A stretch of DNA of 64,000 nucleotides from Phoronis australis (Eukaryota; Animalia; Phoronida), in assembly GCA_002633005.1 (NCBI GenBank), contig NMRA01000799.1, positions 1 to 64,000 of the forward strand, written 5' to 3'. The position numbers and the translations under genes were made by a program. Positions 1-15,500 of this stretch are shown here, piece by piece (position 1 is the first letter of the stretch; each line of letters begins with the position of its first letter). Below the pieces are notes generated by a model. The model was not told where the DNA came from. It saw only the letters and a program-made list of their open reading frames with translations, and did no database searches.

Positions 1-390
1 AAAAATATGTCTAGGATAACCAACCAACCTTATTTTAGCTCAAAATGACATGGAAAAAGGTTGCCTTCGCCTTTAAGATATCGGAGCTGAGTTCTCATAT
101 AACTATGAATGTTTATAATATCTGGAGTGGGTGTCAACAATTGCGTATATCCAAACTCTGACAGCAATGTTGAGCTACAGTGTAACAATGAAGTACATCA
201 TGGTTTAATTCAATCTTGGTCGAGTTTCTGAAAAACTATTGAGTGTTTTTCACGGGGAGGCTGAATTCGTGCACATGTGTAACAATAAAATTATTGTTTA
301 TCACATCCCTCTGATACTGTACTATTTAGTATGTTTATCATCATATCTTTGCTGAGTTACTGTATAACTGGATGTTACGTTGTTTTGTAG

Positions 391-502
391 TCTGTATTAT
401 GTGTCCGACAAGTATATATACTACTCCAAATTGGACAGACTCGGTTACCGAAAGCCCTTCAAGATATCTACCTTCAAGCCGATCGCTGTCACAACATTTC
501 AG
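391..502 (+). CDS. Exon: YWTD propeller 3 blade ([15 protein letters not shown]...TTFQ)
   Basis: ttgtag acceptor, CAG|gtatt donor; paralogue at 41064-41175 with identical length (112 nt). Confidence 0.85.
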
Positions 503-3500
503 GTATTACCAGGGAAAAGTGTTGTCTCAGTTTTATACAGCCGGGAAATCAAAGAGGCATCTTCTTGCAGTGTCTTACTTCGTTCTCACTGCGTGAATAT
601 ATCACATGATTTCCCAGTTTCACATGAACTGCCCTTAGTGTTGTACAGTGTTTCCACGGTGATGCAAATCCTTTTCCTGTCGGTAAAATCACACCACTAC
701 TGTTTATATGTAGGTTATTTATCTTTTCACAAATGTACTTATGTCTGAACCACAACTGAAATATGGGTATGATCAATGTGATCCTCTATTCACTTGAGCC
801 TGGTCAATTCAAAACAATATTTCATAAAAGAGGAAGATGACAACTGATGAAAGCGAAACGCCAGTTTGTGAATTATTCGCTTCCAATTATTCGACCCCCA
901 AGTGGCAATTTTATTTTTTGCGTCCACAGTTTCAAACCAATCAAACTACAGCTGTGCTGTCTAGAGGCAATTCTATTTTTAAGTCTTCCTCTGTAAATTC
1001 AGAGTTCCTTGATGCTTTTATAAAGACGGCAGCACCTGTGCTTTTTGTGATAGATTTGACGTATTCTTCACAAACTACGTGGCCAAATATTTTTAATCTG
1101 TTTTTGTCTTCTGCTCCTGTATCTGCCAACCTGCACAGAGAAGCATAAGGAAATTTGCCAAATGTGTTCCTACTCAACAAGCACAACTGACGTGGGTTTA
1201 CAAACCGGTCCAACTACTGTGACGTTTTTTTCGCATCTGTGGCTGCAAGAAATTTTAAAAAATTTTGCAGGTGTATTGCTATATATTCTGATGGACGATT
1301 TCGAATAATTTTGTGGTTCCCAATGATAGGCGGTTTTTTATATTTGCCTTTGTATCTTTGGAGTTCTTTGATGGATTATCGTGAAATATGGCGAATTGTT
1401 TTGATAGATAACATCCTCTCATTTCTGGATGTATTCAAGTTTTTGTGCCATCTAATGGCCGTTATTTAATATACTAAATAACTCCCCTAGGAGCAATACC
1501 GTTTACGGTGCAGCTGTAGGCGCATGTCAACGCTCTGTGTTGCTCTTGTTATTCAACGTGTTAGTTTGCTCAGTTACATGGCCAAGTTACGAAAACAGCA
1601 GTACTTCCTATTGTCGTCACTAACTAATCTTTCAGGATTTCTCGCCCATCATCGCTAAAAGTAAGACACCAGGTGGCGCTGCTGTTCTTGTTAAAGTCGA
1701 CTTAGAAGGCAAGACGTATATTAGTCAAGTCAGGAGCCCGGTGAACGTAACCGACGTTTACGATATCGCAACTTACTCGTTGACCAATCAGCCAAGACTT
1801 AAAGGTGCATGACTGATTTTCTACAGTACTGGTTCAAATTAACAAAACGAAAACACCCACGATTGCCCACAGATTAGCCCAAATGAACTCGTTGAAAGGA
1901 CCAAGTCACGAACTCGTCGTGACTGGGACATTGTTAGGCGGATACTGTACATTCTGCTTGATTCAAAAACACCGGTTGTTATCATTCAAAATATGTCAGT
2001 TTCGATCCCCTCGTATTTTGAACTTGACTGATGCTTTTTGAAACAAATTTCTACAATAAAGCACTTTAAAAACCGTCTAAAAGACCTGAACGTCGTATGA
2101 GTAGTGAAAACTGTATAGGTGTCTTAAAATTGGTACATGTGTTTCTAATGGGATGAGCATGTCTGACGGTGATTTTGGATGGTTTAGACCATTGATGTTC
2201 AAACTAGTGGAAGATTTGCTTTTTTATCTGATGCTGTTTCTGTCGATTTCTTCATTGCCTGCATCCCTACCCTCCAAACTACGTGAATAATCATGGTGAA
2301 TACTGGAAGATTTGTTATTATAGACAAGAGCATTGCAAATTGCTTTGCACCATCTAAAGTCTATTCTAAGTTAGCTATCATTGCTCTCTTTAGTGGTGAT
2401 TTTCAAATTTACAATCATCTCTAACTCTTATCTGCGCTGTATCCGATGCACAAGGTCTGTGCTTATAAACCATGTGTGTTGCTCTTGTTAATGTCAGCCA
2501 TGCATTGGAAACAAAAGTCTTAGAACAACCAATCTGGAGTTCAACGGGTCACATGACTGTATACATGCAGCAGCTTTTACGGGCAGTTTGAGATTTCAAC
2601 TCTCGTGATTTGCGTTTCTAGGTAATCCGTGTGACAACTCTTACTCGGAGGGCGGTTGTGAGCAGCTCTGTTTTGGAAAGCCTTACAAACAAACTTTCGT
2701 GTGCATGTGTGCGTTTGGCTTGAAACTGGCCAAAGACAACCGCACGTGTGTCCCTGGTGAGTGCTGCATTGCTGCGGCTTGTATATGTATGTCATCTTAG
2801 TGTGGTTCGGAATAGACCAGTTCTCAAACTCCTTCCAAAAGTTCAATTTGTCACAGTATTGTTCGCAAGTTCTGAAGTGTACATCATGACGGCAGCTGAT
2901 ACCGTGCTAGAGATATTTAATTTTTATTCCCAGATGTTTCACTGACAATTTTGGGAACTCCTGAACTATATCACCACAGGTTAAATCATGTCCTGACTCA
3001 TGCCCAAACTTATCAGGGACCGATCCAGGATTTTTAGTTAGAGGGCTCGAGGGCAGAGTTGTAGCCATGATTTTGCCCGTCAGACAGTTGCAACCCCGAA
3101 CTGCCAAATGGAGTCTGGAAGAATTTTAGGGAGGCCATGGCCCCCATTTCCGCCCCCCAAATACGCCACTGATAGTTACCTGACGGTGAATCAAAACAGG
3201 ACGTTAAAGATACCTGTGCTTCGTGTTGGTTTGATAGTTATTGTAAGTTTGGTGAAGTCTTGATGCAGCTATTCTACACATTGGAGGAGTTTTGTATGAC
3301 AGTAGTACGATGGTACTATAGTCCGAACATGCATTAGTTCGAAAATATTTAACATTTCGTACTCGGGGGTATTTTTCATATTCTGCTTGCAATAATACAC
3401 ACCTATTCGGTAGTTAGACGCAGTTTTGCATTCTTTCCTAAATACTGATAAAACAGACTGCCAGGTACTAATGCACTTCACCTGGTTTCCGACGTCTGCG

Positions 3501-6500
3501 ATATCGGGCTTTAAAATATGCCTTGATGTTTCCCTATACCTGATTGTTCACCAAATCCACGTGACTAAATGGACGCGAAAAAACAATCTCTTTCGAAAAT
3601 ATTACAAACTTAACTCTTGCGGCAGTGAAGACGACACTTTGAGATTAAGATATACTAGATACTATGGCTATGAAAGAAAGCAGAGTGAATTAATTTATTC
3701 TTCATTGCGGATTATGGTTAGATAATCTTATAAAAACTTGATACACGAAAGTGACATTCGGAAGTGAAGTTTGCTATTTACCAAAAATCTCAATTTAAGG
3801 ATTTTTTAAGCAGAATCTCATTGTTTTTAACGATTGTTTCACACTGTCTATTTTTTATGGCTGAGTTCGTAGGCCTGGGGAATAGTGAGCCTGCGAACGG
3901 TACACCTTCGGACTAGTGAACCTGCGGACTAGAGCGCCTTCGAACTAGTGCACGTTCGGTTTAAGCTGCAGCCAAATGTCTGCCCACATAGTGTTGTGCC
4001 AAGCATTCCAANCCAGTGAAACGCGAGGAGTGTTCCAGATCGGCATTATGGATCAATATAAAGTCTCTGCTTTTAAGGTAACCATTGGAATGCTGCTGTA
4101 GATATTAATCAAAATATTCATCTTTGGTGTCAGTAAACGTAACGTGTGACCTACATTGTACTGTAAGTGGCACGTCACTACAGACAAAAGGACAGTGACT
4201 TTGACAACATCAACAGAGTATTCAGTGTGTGTTGCTTACTCTAACTCTCTTGATGACGTCCCCTTCTTTTGTTGACCGAGTGAACATATTATAGGATTTT
4301 AAGTGATTGAGGCTGTGCTACAGTAATGAGTGCTACACGCAAGGTGACTACAATTTAAGAACATTCTCAACATGCTCAAACTGAAATGTTTTAAGAAATG
4401 TTGGCATGTTTGCCAGTTAAACTTCAACTATATTCTTTTTCACCAGCGTGTTTCCAGCTAGCATTCAAATCAATGAATTGGTTTGGTTAGCATGTACAAA
4501 TGTTTGGAATTATCTTCCAGTTGCTGCTCCACAAATACCCTGCTATATAATTCAAAGTTAATTACCAGGTATCCATGGTGGGCATGTTGCTTTGGACAAA
4601 TATCATTGTGGTAACCAACAAGTACAGGAACAATTTTAAATGAAACCATTGCTAAGCGGTAAATTGCACTGTGGGTAGTAAGCTATATCAATGGTGCAAC
4701 AGCCCGGGCATAAGGACTGTGAAGGGCCCTAAAGTTATTTGGTAAAACTGCATATCATTCAATATCAATATAGTTGAATGAAAACTATTTTTGACTGAAT
4801 ATAATAGGACTTTGTTTTCAAAATTAAGTACCCGGACTAAAACGCAACTCTTTCATCCTGCATACCTCAATTCATTTCTATTACTGATCCTCAATTTTCA
4901 CATGTCAATGTCACATTGTTGCTTTGGCATATTGATACCCCAGTTTATATCTCAATATATTAAATAACCGTAAATAACCATCCTCACGTGACCTAAAAGG
5001 AACTACTTTCTAATTAACAAAATTAATTCATTGTTGGAGTTACAACATGCATTTAGTTCTTTTAAAACAATCCCTCTCGTGTTTTTATGTTTACACCTGG
5101 TTGCTTCTCAGCGTTGTTGTCATAATTCCTACGCGTATTGGCCAAAGGGGAAGAAATAAGGAATTGGCGAAGAAATGGGGTTAAGATTTTAAGTATGTGG
5201 TATGAATATGCTCGGCCACGTGAACATACTCGTACGGCACATCAACATCGTCTCATGCCACACCCATATAAGAACACGTGTAATGCAACATATATGTATT
5301 TATATCATCCCCATGTGCTGTTTCAACGTAAAATAGTTTCGGTATCGCTACCCAGTGAGCGCATATAAAGTGATTAATGTCATTTTCTTGAAATGAAGCA
5401 CAAGTTGAAAAATAATAATCTCACAATTTTTATTGCATCGAAAGTGTGAACATACCATATTTATTTAGCATTACAATTAAATTAGATTAAGTTTTATTGA
5501 GAAATTATTGATGCACAACTGATCCAGGACATGGTCACCATACAACCCGTTTCTTCAGACTAACCCCACCGAAATGATGACAAAAACTGTGTACAACGCC
5601 AAAGACAACCAACTTTTTTGGATCGATGGGGTGAACGTGAAGCAGTCCGCCTCAAACGATTCGATGAAAGTCATCACTGTGAAGTCGGATGCAGGTATAT
5701 GTTCTTGTGATGCGATCTGCAGGTGGTTTGATGTGGTGATATTATTTGTAAGCTGCATGGTTAGAGTAGGAGATTTGATAGTTTGTAGTTGGAGCTGGTG
5801 TAGTAATAAATGTGTTAGTTTTACTCTGTCTGTTTGTGTTACCTTAATATAATGAGAACAGAAAGTGTACCTGCATTGGGGGCATTGATGGGATTAGGAC
5901 ACCCAGATCAAGTTTTAACATTTTAGTTTTCACCTACCTCTCACGTCAAACTGTGCAACCTCTAACAGGTAGAGTGTTTGGTCATTATAAGTACCTCAGT
6001 GTCTTATTCCAGTTATTAAAATGATTTACAAGACAGCACAGCCACTTTTTTGATTCTTGCAGGAGCCATGTACAGCGACCTTGCTTTTGACCCCGACATC
6101 AGGATCCTTTACGTAGTCGACTCAAAGCAGGAACAGGTGTTAGCTTATAGTGTTGACACTAAGCAATGGAAGACCGTCTTGGCAAAGCCGAATATTGACA
6201 AACCACTGTCGATTGCACTACATTCCGCATCGGGGTAAAGTATTGAAAAAAATATCCTCTGCACTGCTTNNNNNNNNNNNNNNNNNNNNNNNNNNNNNNN
6301 NNNNNNNNNNNNNNNNNNNNNNNNNNNNNNNNNNNNNNNNNNNNNNNNNNNNNNNNNNNNNNNNNNNNNNNNNNNNNNNNNNNNNNNNNNNNNNNNNNNN
6401 NNNNNNNNNNNNNNNNNNNNNNNNNNNNNNNNNNNNNNNNNNNNNNNNNNNNNNNNNNNNNNNNNNNNNNNNNNNNNNNNNNNNNNNNNNNNNNNNNNNN

Positions 6501-9500
6501 NNNNNNNNNNNNNNNNNNNNNNNNNNNNNNNNNNNNNNNNNNNNNNNNNNNNNNNNNNNNNNNNNNNNNNNNNNNNNNNNNNNNNNNNNNNNNNNNNNNN
6601 NNNNNNNNNNNNNNNNNNNNNNNNNNNNNNNNNNNNNNNNNNNNNNNNNNNNNNNNNNNNNNNNNNNNNNNNNNNNNNNNNNNNNNNNNNNNNNNNNNNN
6701 NNNNNNNNNNNNNNNNNNNNNNNNNNNNNNNNNNNNNNNNNNNNNNNNNNNNNNNNNNNNNNNNNNNNNNNNNNNNNNNNNNNNNNNNNNNNNNNNNNNN
6801 NNNNNNNNNNNNNNNNNNNNNNNNNNNNNNNNNNNNNNNNNNNNNNNNNNNNNNNNNNNNNNNNNNNNNNNNNNNNNNNNNNNNNNNNNNNNNNNNNNNN
6901 NNNNNNNNNNNNNNNNNNNNNNNNNNNNNNNNNNNNNNNNNNNNNNNNNNNNNNNNNNNNNNNNNNNNNNNNNNNNNNNNNNNNNNNNNNNNNNNNNNNN
7001 NNNNNNNNNNNNNNNNNNNNNNNNNNNNNNNNNNNNNNNNNNNNNNNNNNNNNNNNNNNNNNNNNNNNNNNNNNNNNNNNNNNNNNNNNNNNNNNNNNNN
7101 NNNNNNNNNNNNNNNNNNNNNNNNNNNNNNNNNNNNNNNNNNNNNNNNNNNNNNNNNNNNNNNNNNNNNNNNNNNNNNNNNNNNNNNNNNNNNNNNNNNN
7201 NNNNNNNNNNNNNNNNNNNNNNNNNNNGGCCAACTACAATTCTCTAAACTCAAACACTGTTCAACAACCGATCCGACGAAATGCAGGCCACTAACAGACA
7301 CGGGGAAGTTTCACGGCCTCCTACTTGGTATTAATGGGGTACTTTTCATTCTTCACTACCGCAAGCCAATTCCTAAACAATATGGGCTCTCGAGGAAATC
7401 GTAAAAAACGATATACCCTGCTTTCCTCGCCGCATCATAGTTCGCACAAGCGGGAGCGAGACACCACACCATACCGGCACTCTGCACACGAACAACTGAC
7501 GTAGTTGCGACGTTTCTCACCTTCCTCACAGTTTAACGCGCCACCTCTCGGCGAGGTGAGATCGACCGTATACTACATGTAGGTAATGTGGATGTAGACC
7601 GATTAAGACTAATTAAATCGGGTGGCATTAAAACCATAATATGTTCACATATGACTTGAAAAGTCTGTGTATCTGGCATGTTTTATTAAGGTCATCTTAG
7701 TAATTTTAATTTTACGGTGTAATTACTGAGGAACCAGTCACTGGCATTATTCCTCCTCAGAATGTATTTGTCATTAGATGCCTCCCCTTAACGGAAGTTA
7801 ACGTCTTCACACGATCATGCCTTCGTGTACATGTACACCATAAGAGGCTTCACGTTTTTACGATTCTTGTTTTTTCAGAACGATGTACATTGGCCGGTAT
7901 GGCAGTATCGTCAAGACAACTATGGATGGAAAAATGCTGTCCAGAGTGGTATACGATGTCCAAGCCCCAGTTGCAATTGCGCTGTACATTGATCACAAGT
8001 TTCAGGGAAGTTACGGACACTACGACCCTAACACTCCGTTAGACTGTGAGTGAAGGCTGGTGCAATACATAGTGTATTGTGGGCGACTTTGAGCTCATGT
8101 GGGTTGTGTCCAAAGGAAACGTACAACTAAATAACGAGAATTTTTGAAAAACAAAAAACGTTTGTCCAAGGCATTGCAATCTTTCCAAAATACACAAGCG
8201 CTCTTTATATGCTTGGGATATTGACCTGCAATGTTGCATGTCTGTTGCAGTCACCGGTTCATTACTAATATTAATTTGAATCAAAATGGTTCATTTTTCT
8301 CGTTGAAAATTGAGCCTGACCTTATAAATTGATGTCCAGTTGTCCAGTGGGCTTTGAGGTGTCTTAGTGGTTTTACCTTTCAAAACTAGGTCAGTTTTAA
8401 AAGTTTACGTTATTCTACCTTTCAAAAGTGGAGAGTCGATTTCAATGGCAAGAAACGTTGTTACAATTTTGACAAATTGCCATGTCTTCCTTTAGATAAC
8501 GATACTATTGAAATAGATTCTTATCGAAGAGAAAATAGATAATGAATTTCAACGTTGTACAACGTTGTAAACTACTCGTAGTTAATGTATGGTTGGATAA
8601 AGTGATGAAATTAATTTTAACATTTTCCATTCTCCTTACCTATGAACTTACACTAAGTATCTAACAGCCGAAATTGACCAAAATACCTCGAAATTATAAC
8701 ACCGTACTTTAAAGTTTGGTTGGGGATCGTTTGCTAGTAGTTAAATCATTCCGTCAGTTTCATTTCCTGGTTTGATCACCTCAGTGTCCAAAAAATCCAT
8801 AGGTCTCAACAACTTGTTCTTGGAGATCTGCAAAAATATCATTGATTATATATTAATTGAAATTCAATTAAATAGTTTGTTCTCAGTAGATTTACTACGC
8901 TGTACAACACCTACACAGTGATACCATGTCGACCTTTAGCGCTAAAATGTAAAACTGTAGTCTGGCTATTGTCGATCTACTATTCTGTGAAGCTGTACAG
9001 TGAAGTGTAAATTGATGTACTCCTGTGTAAACCTTTACAGTGTTACGTTTCATTGTTTTCAGACTCGATTTACTTCGTTGACCGTAGTCAGGTGCAGAAG
9101 ATGAAATTAGTGGGAGATAATCGACAAAAAATTGTTGTTAGAGAATTCAACCTCACTGAAGCACCAAGTGGACTAACTGTTGTGGACAACAACATCTATG
9201 TCACAGTACCGAGTAGGAGGGGCGTGCTGGTCATTGATAAGAGGAGACACAAAACAAGTGTAATTTTGGCAAATGCCTTGTCTGGTCTCTCTCATGTGTC
9301 TCACCTGTCTCTACCAAATGGTGAGGCTCTCTTTTGCTATATGAGCTGTTATTGCATGTAGTGCACTATCCGAGCAGTGTTTTCTTATTATTTTCTATTT
9401 TCCAAGATATAGATACGAGTGCATAATGCCATCACTTTTATCTGGCGTCTAGGCCTGGATCAGGCATCTGCTGTTGTATGTACAAAACCTTTGGAAGATC

Positions 9501-12500
9501 TCCATGCAATTTGTCACATGTGTTCTTTACAGCTGACAACAAGAGAGAAAGACTATCAAATAGACCTGATTACTGCTGCGCCCGTAGTGGCAATGTCAAT
9601 ATGATACGTTTGCATCTCTATCTTCAGAGAGCTTTGAAATTTACCATCGTGGTTTCTATTAAGGTTATAAGACTGTAGAAAAATGAAGAAACATCAAAGT
9701 ACATCGGAGCATCGCACTGATCTTCGATATACCTGATCAAATTCATAAACAAAGTTCTGACGCTTTGCTTTATATGCCATACTCCAGCACGAGGTTGGGA
9801 ATTGTTTTCAAATTTTTCTAATTTTGCATAAGCAGCTATAAAACAAAGGGATTTTACGAGTTTCATGAAAAAAATCCAAAGTTGAATAAAAGAAAAACGA
9901 AAGTGAAACAGTATTTTAGACAACTTTATTTCAAATGAAATTTGGTATTGTTGTTGATATTGTTATTTTGCTGTCGATGTTCCTTTTTTGTTGCTACATT
10001 TTAACTAAAGTCAAGGTCGCGTGAGCCAAGTTACTACAGAGGGTTAAAACGTCAACAATCAAATCTCTCAGGATTTTCATACTTTCATAAAATCGGTGCT
10101 TTTGCTGATTTAAAATCTGTAGTCTGATTAAAGTTGACAAAATACACAGGCATATTTCTGGACGGGTTAAACATATTTTGTTCGAACTAATGGCCATTTT
10201 TGTTGTGTACACCCATCTTTTAACACACATCTTTACTTGCCTGACCATTTTCCAGATCATTATGAAAATTGGCAAATGTTGCTGGTGAGAAGACAACTAC
10301 TGACACTGATTTTTGGATAGGTCCTACTACTGTAGTTCCCTCTGTGGCCAAGTTTGAGTTTTGATAGGACTGACACTCTATTTCATTAACACTTGAAGAA
10401 TCTTTTTGAAAACTGACACGTGTTCTTTGGTGCCAAGATATTTTGCTGATTCTATCGTGTGCCTGAAGAGGGTCAATAAAACTCTGGGTTGTAGAGAGGG
10501 TTAACATCTTTTCTGTGAAATCAGACTGCTTTATGATGGTACATGTAGAGTTTTAAGAGTTTGAATTTTCTTGCTGACGTATGAAAATAGAGGTACATAT
10601 TAAAACTTTGAAATTGATATTGTTCTTTGCCAGAGTGTTGAATGAGGTGAACTTGGTGATTGCCCCTTGATGTGTGTTGCTGTCATGCCAAATGGCGTTC
10701 ACTGCAACTGCACCACATGTCCGGAGACGGTGGTTTAGTAATGAGATTACATAACAGCAAAATCTTAATTCATCAGCTGATGGACAATACAGAATATAGA
10801 TCTAGTTTTCATAACTGATTCCTCCACTGTCGTGCAATAACGTATCTTTTATATTAACCTTACGTTTCCCTCTGAACTGTGTTTCTCTGGGTTTCCAACA
10901 GGATTCAGCAACTGCAGCATGCANCACGTGTTCTTTGGTGCCAAGATATTTTGCTGATTCTATCGTGTGCCTGAAGAGGGCCAATAAAACTCTGGGTTGT
11001 AGAGAGGGTTAACATCTTTTCTGTGAAATCAGACTGCTTTATGATGGTACATGTAGAGTTTTAAGAGTTTGAATTTTCTCGCTGACGTATGAAAATAGAG
11101 GAACATATTAAAACTTTGAAATTGATATTGTTCTTTGCCAGAGTGTTGAATGAGGTGAACTTGGTGATTGCCCCTTGATGTGTGTTGCCGTTATGCCAAA
11201 TGGCGTTCACTGCAACTGCACCACATGTCCGGAGACGGTGGTTTAGTAATGAGATTACATAACAGCAAAAGCTTAATACATCAGCTGATGGACAATACAG
11301 AATATAGATCTAGTTTTCATAACTGATTCCTCCACTGTCGTGCAATAACTTATCTTTTATATTAACCTTACGTTTCCCTCTGAACTGTGTTCCTCTGGGT
11401 TTCCAACAGGATTCAGCAACTGCAGCATGCATAATGGCGGATGTAGTCACTTCTGTTTTCCTACCTTCGACCCCCAGGTCACCTCTGGTCGAGTGTGTGG
11501 TTGCCCTGACAACGTCAGATTGGAGGCGGGAACTAACAACTGTGAAGGAAGTAAGAGACTCAAAATAGTAATTCATTTAAGCCTAATTATAGAACTGGTT
11601 TTGTGTGATGTTAGGCTATGGTTACAATGTGAGACAGTCAAATGATTGGTATTAACTGACATTGTCTCATTTCTGTGAGATATTAGTATTATAATGATTT
11701 AATTTGGAAAATCTAATAACTGTTTAGAGTTGTTAAAGTAGGTGAAGGCTATTTTTCGCTAATGGCCCAATTTCTAAACCTGGTGTAAAAGACGAACTGA
11801 GTTTATTGTAATGGTCACAGAGCATTGGTAAAGATGCTGAGAAATGTCAATGCATTAATTATCCACTAGCTGGTACACATGGGCTGACGAATTTGCTTAT
11901 GAAGGAAAACGTCAGCACCGGTGATCACTAATAGTAATAAGACAGAATTGAATTAATCCCACCAGTATGCGTGCACAAAGCCTCAGTTGCATAAATGTTT
12001 ATATGATTATGGATCTGGAACATGTATAAATTGGAGCATTTAAACTAGATTTGTGGTGGTGGTTAGAGGTTTAGTAGTATAGTATGAACTGCAATGTGTA
12101 GTCATTTTTCACGAATCAATCCCATGCAAGAATAGTGACTCGTTTGATTTTTTTTCAGTTTTGTATTATGTTTGATATAGCGTTGTTATCAATTTAGTTT
12201 AACTCGTCCCCATTATTTAATCACAATCTAGCAAAAAGGTGTCATCACAGGATACCGCGAGGTTTCTTGGATCATCGTTGCTCGCGCAAGCCTGGCGACT
12301 TGTGCGAGTTTGCATGTGAGCCAGGATACACAAAGGACGTGCAGAAGATCACCTGCAGTAGTACGGGGGTGTGGTCTCCCCGTCGTACCACGTTGTGCAG
12401 TGAGTAATTATTCACGGAAGTCATTACTGGAAATGTACGACCTACACATCAATAGGAATATGGACGTGATATTTATAAGATTAAAGACTTCTGTATGTTA

Positions 12501-15500
12501 TTGTATGTTATAGTAACTAAAGGCAAAAGCACAGATCGCAGTGTACTGTTGTCGTAAGAGGTAGTAGGTGACTGTTGTTTAGAAATACTTGACCAGGCTG
12601 CTCATTTAGTCATGATTTAACCAACAATAAGGCCAACGCTACTGTAGACAAAACATTGTACAGCAGGAGAGGTTGGGCTCGGGGGTTCGAACGAGCCCCC
12701 CATTTGGCGAAGTGGGCAAAAAGGTCCGCCTCTGAGAAACAAAAGTCCGAGAAACTGAGACAAATGACCCCTAAACAAGCATAAACGCGCAATTTGCTGT
12801 GGTGCCCGTTTTTTTTTTTTTTTAGTCACCCGCCTTTTTGTTACTAAAAGGTGCACAACGGCAAGAATTTGAGCCCCCCATATTGAAGGTTGGGTGCGCG
12901 CATGTTTGCTTTGTAACGTCATCTCTCTATCCGGACATGGGGCGTCCTCTGATGTACCTCCAAAACCCTTCACAGGGTGTCAAGATTTTGCAGATGTGTC
13001 CCTTTTTCTTTTCACAAACTTTATCACCTGAATTCCATGTAGGTTATTTTTGTGTATTGGCTATGAAGCTGAGGGTATGAAAATGTCGTATAGATGTGCG
13101 AGGGAAAATCTATTTCAACACTTTACGTTGCTTTCTTTGTTACTTTTCATGCATAGAATTTGGCTGATGCGAGGAGTGGTTATATCAGATGATCTCAACG
13201 ATAGAAAAATTATGAAAAACAGTTTTCAACCATAAACTGAACATTAACGGTTGTATACAGCAACATTACAAAAACATTCAAATTATCTCCAAAAACTGAG
13301 AAATAAGCTACTGACAGCCTAAAAGAAAATCTGTTTTCAGCTTTACCGAATACTTAATCGCGGAAGTCGCCGTGCACTTCATTCAAAAATATAAAGAAAG
13401 TAGAATTTCACTAGAGGCCGATCTAGAGATCGAAAAGAAATAAACGAACCCTGGAAAATAATTATATGAATATTCTGTTGTAAACTTCATTTATGGATGA
13501 TGAAAAGGAGTGCGAACTGCCAAAGCAAGAGATGTGGAATTGAAGTAAGTACGTCTTCACCGGTCTTGTCCAACACCATTAGGTTCACACTCCTGCAGTA
13601 ATATTGTGGAAAGTGTCTTCGTCAAGTGGAGAAAAGAATCACTGCTTGATTGAAAACCACTATTGTCTCAACCGCACAACATATTTTAAAGTTGGCAGAG
13701 ATGAACCTGCCTGTACACCCAAACACAGATGATGATAATCGATCCACACTTGTTCACAATATAGCCGGATTTAGAGGGATCGCCCCCCCCCCTTTGGCTG
13801 TCACCAAAAATAAAACAGCACGACCCTGAAGAATTGTTGAGTTTACTAATTAACCCTGGTAATGACGAAGCGGCCGAAAGAAGGTGTGGAAAGCGTCTCC
13901 TTTTTTTTCTTTTTTCAGTCGCGCATTGCTGCAAGGAGGTCCAGTCCACAGTCTCAGAATTCCCAACCCTCTTTCATTTCATGCAGTCGTGCTTTACGCG
14001 ATTGCCCGAAACAAAGTGTTGGGCCCCCCTTATGTTATCCTAGATCCGCCACTGCACTGTGTTTGTCCATCGGGACAGCTAATAACAAGTTGGCTTATTT
14101 TTGACTCTATACTTCCTGGATCCCATTGTTATTTAATTACGCATTCCACTCAAGTCTATTTTCACACCTTTGAAATGGTGGTTTCTAACACTATGACAAT
14201 GAGATTTGCCACTGAAATTTTAAGTCATGACGGAATTAGTTATAATTTCATCAATTTTAAATTGCATTACAATAGAACGTTGTCTACGTGTTCCAGAACC
14301 CGACTGTATACTGTTTAGCTACACGAATGCTGAATTCGTCAAATCATGCAGGAGAAGTGTCGGAAGTACGTGTGAGCTAAGATGTCAGCAGGGCCTACAA
14401 AAATTAAGTGGTGACGAGAGACGGACTTGTACCTACGACCCAACCACGGGTACCAGCTCCTGGACAGGGGAGCCATTGATTTGTTTTGGTGAGTACTTAA
14501 CGTTGAATGTATCGGGAAACTGTGAAACTGCCTTTACGTGGACTTCTTGATGTCTGCTATTCGTTGGCCATATGCAAAAATGATCCACTGTCATGAGCTT
14601 TCGCAAAAAATGTCCAAATTTAGCTTTTTTCATAATGCCATTTTAATCAGTTATCACTGTGTCACAAATACTCTAACCAATCTGACGAGAACTATAGGCT
14701 GATCTGCCAAATTAGATGTTAGCCACAGGTTCTCTGGCCACTAAATCAGATGCGAGTCACACATACTCTGGGCACAGTATCTAAACTCATGTTGTATTTG
14801 CAGAGCCCAGCTGTTTATTTCACAAGTCTTGGTGATGAGATTTTAGTACTTTTCAAAGAATGAAACACAGGTGATCTTCAACGCACAACAGTTTATCTAA
14901 TTATCTATTTCAAGGTGACAAGAATGCTTATATATATCATTGCTAAAATTGACAAGACCTCTAATGTTAGTGTACCTTACCACAAGGGGGCAGTGAATGT
15001 CAGACGTCTGACAAAATCTCTCCAAAATTTATTGTATTACATTAAGTGGAAGTGGTGATTGGGTAGTCTCCAAGTCAATCATTTGCTGTGTCAGAGGTTG
15101 GTTGTGATCACCATCCTGTTTTGATGTGCTTTGGAATGGATATTGTGTCATTTTCCTGGCTCTTGTCATCAATGGTAAAAATTGGAAAACATTATATTAA
15201 GTCGAAATTTCCCATTTTCGAAACATTCCTTAAACCATTGATATCACATATTTAAGTGTATGGCACTATGTACAGCTTTGCAGATTTTCCCAATGACACT
15301 GGCATCTGTAAATTCAGTTTTGTGAGTTCAATTGTGTAGTGATGACGTAGTTAACAGTATGATGACGCGATATGGACCCACAAAATGAAATAGAAATGAA
15401 CAGTCACGTTAAACTTTCAAAAATGTTGACACTGGTTGATATTTCCGATTCATGTAACCATGGGGGCAATTTAGCACTTAAATTTTTAAAATTTATATGT

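Noticed and set aside
941-1540. Minus-strand ORF-like segment (…SEFTEEDLKIEL) resembling a LINE ORF1 remnant
   Set aside because: Absent from the paralogous intron, so probably an insertion, but motif evidence is too weak to name.
3961-4077. Exon B apparently truncated, suggesting unit 1 is a pseudogene
   Set aside because: The break coincides with N4012, an assembly join; all other unit 1 exons are intact.
6145-7301. Long ORFs in the ORF track (also 43768-44644)
   Set aside because: They merely span N gaps.
10417-11431. ~507-bp direct duplication including a partial exon G
   Set aside because: The two copies meet exactly at a single N (10924) and differ by a few SNPs: an overlapping contig/haplotype join, not biology.
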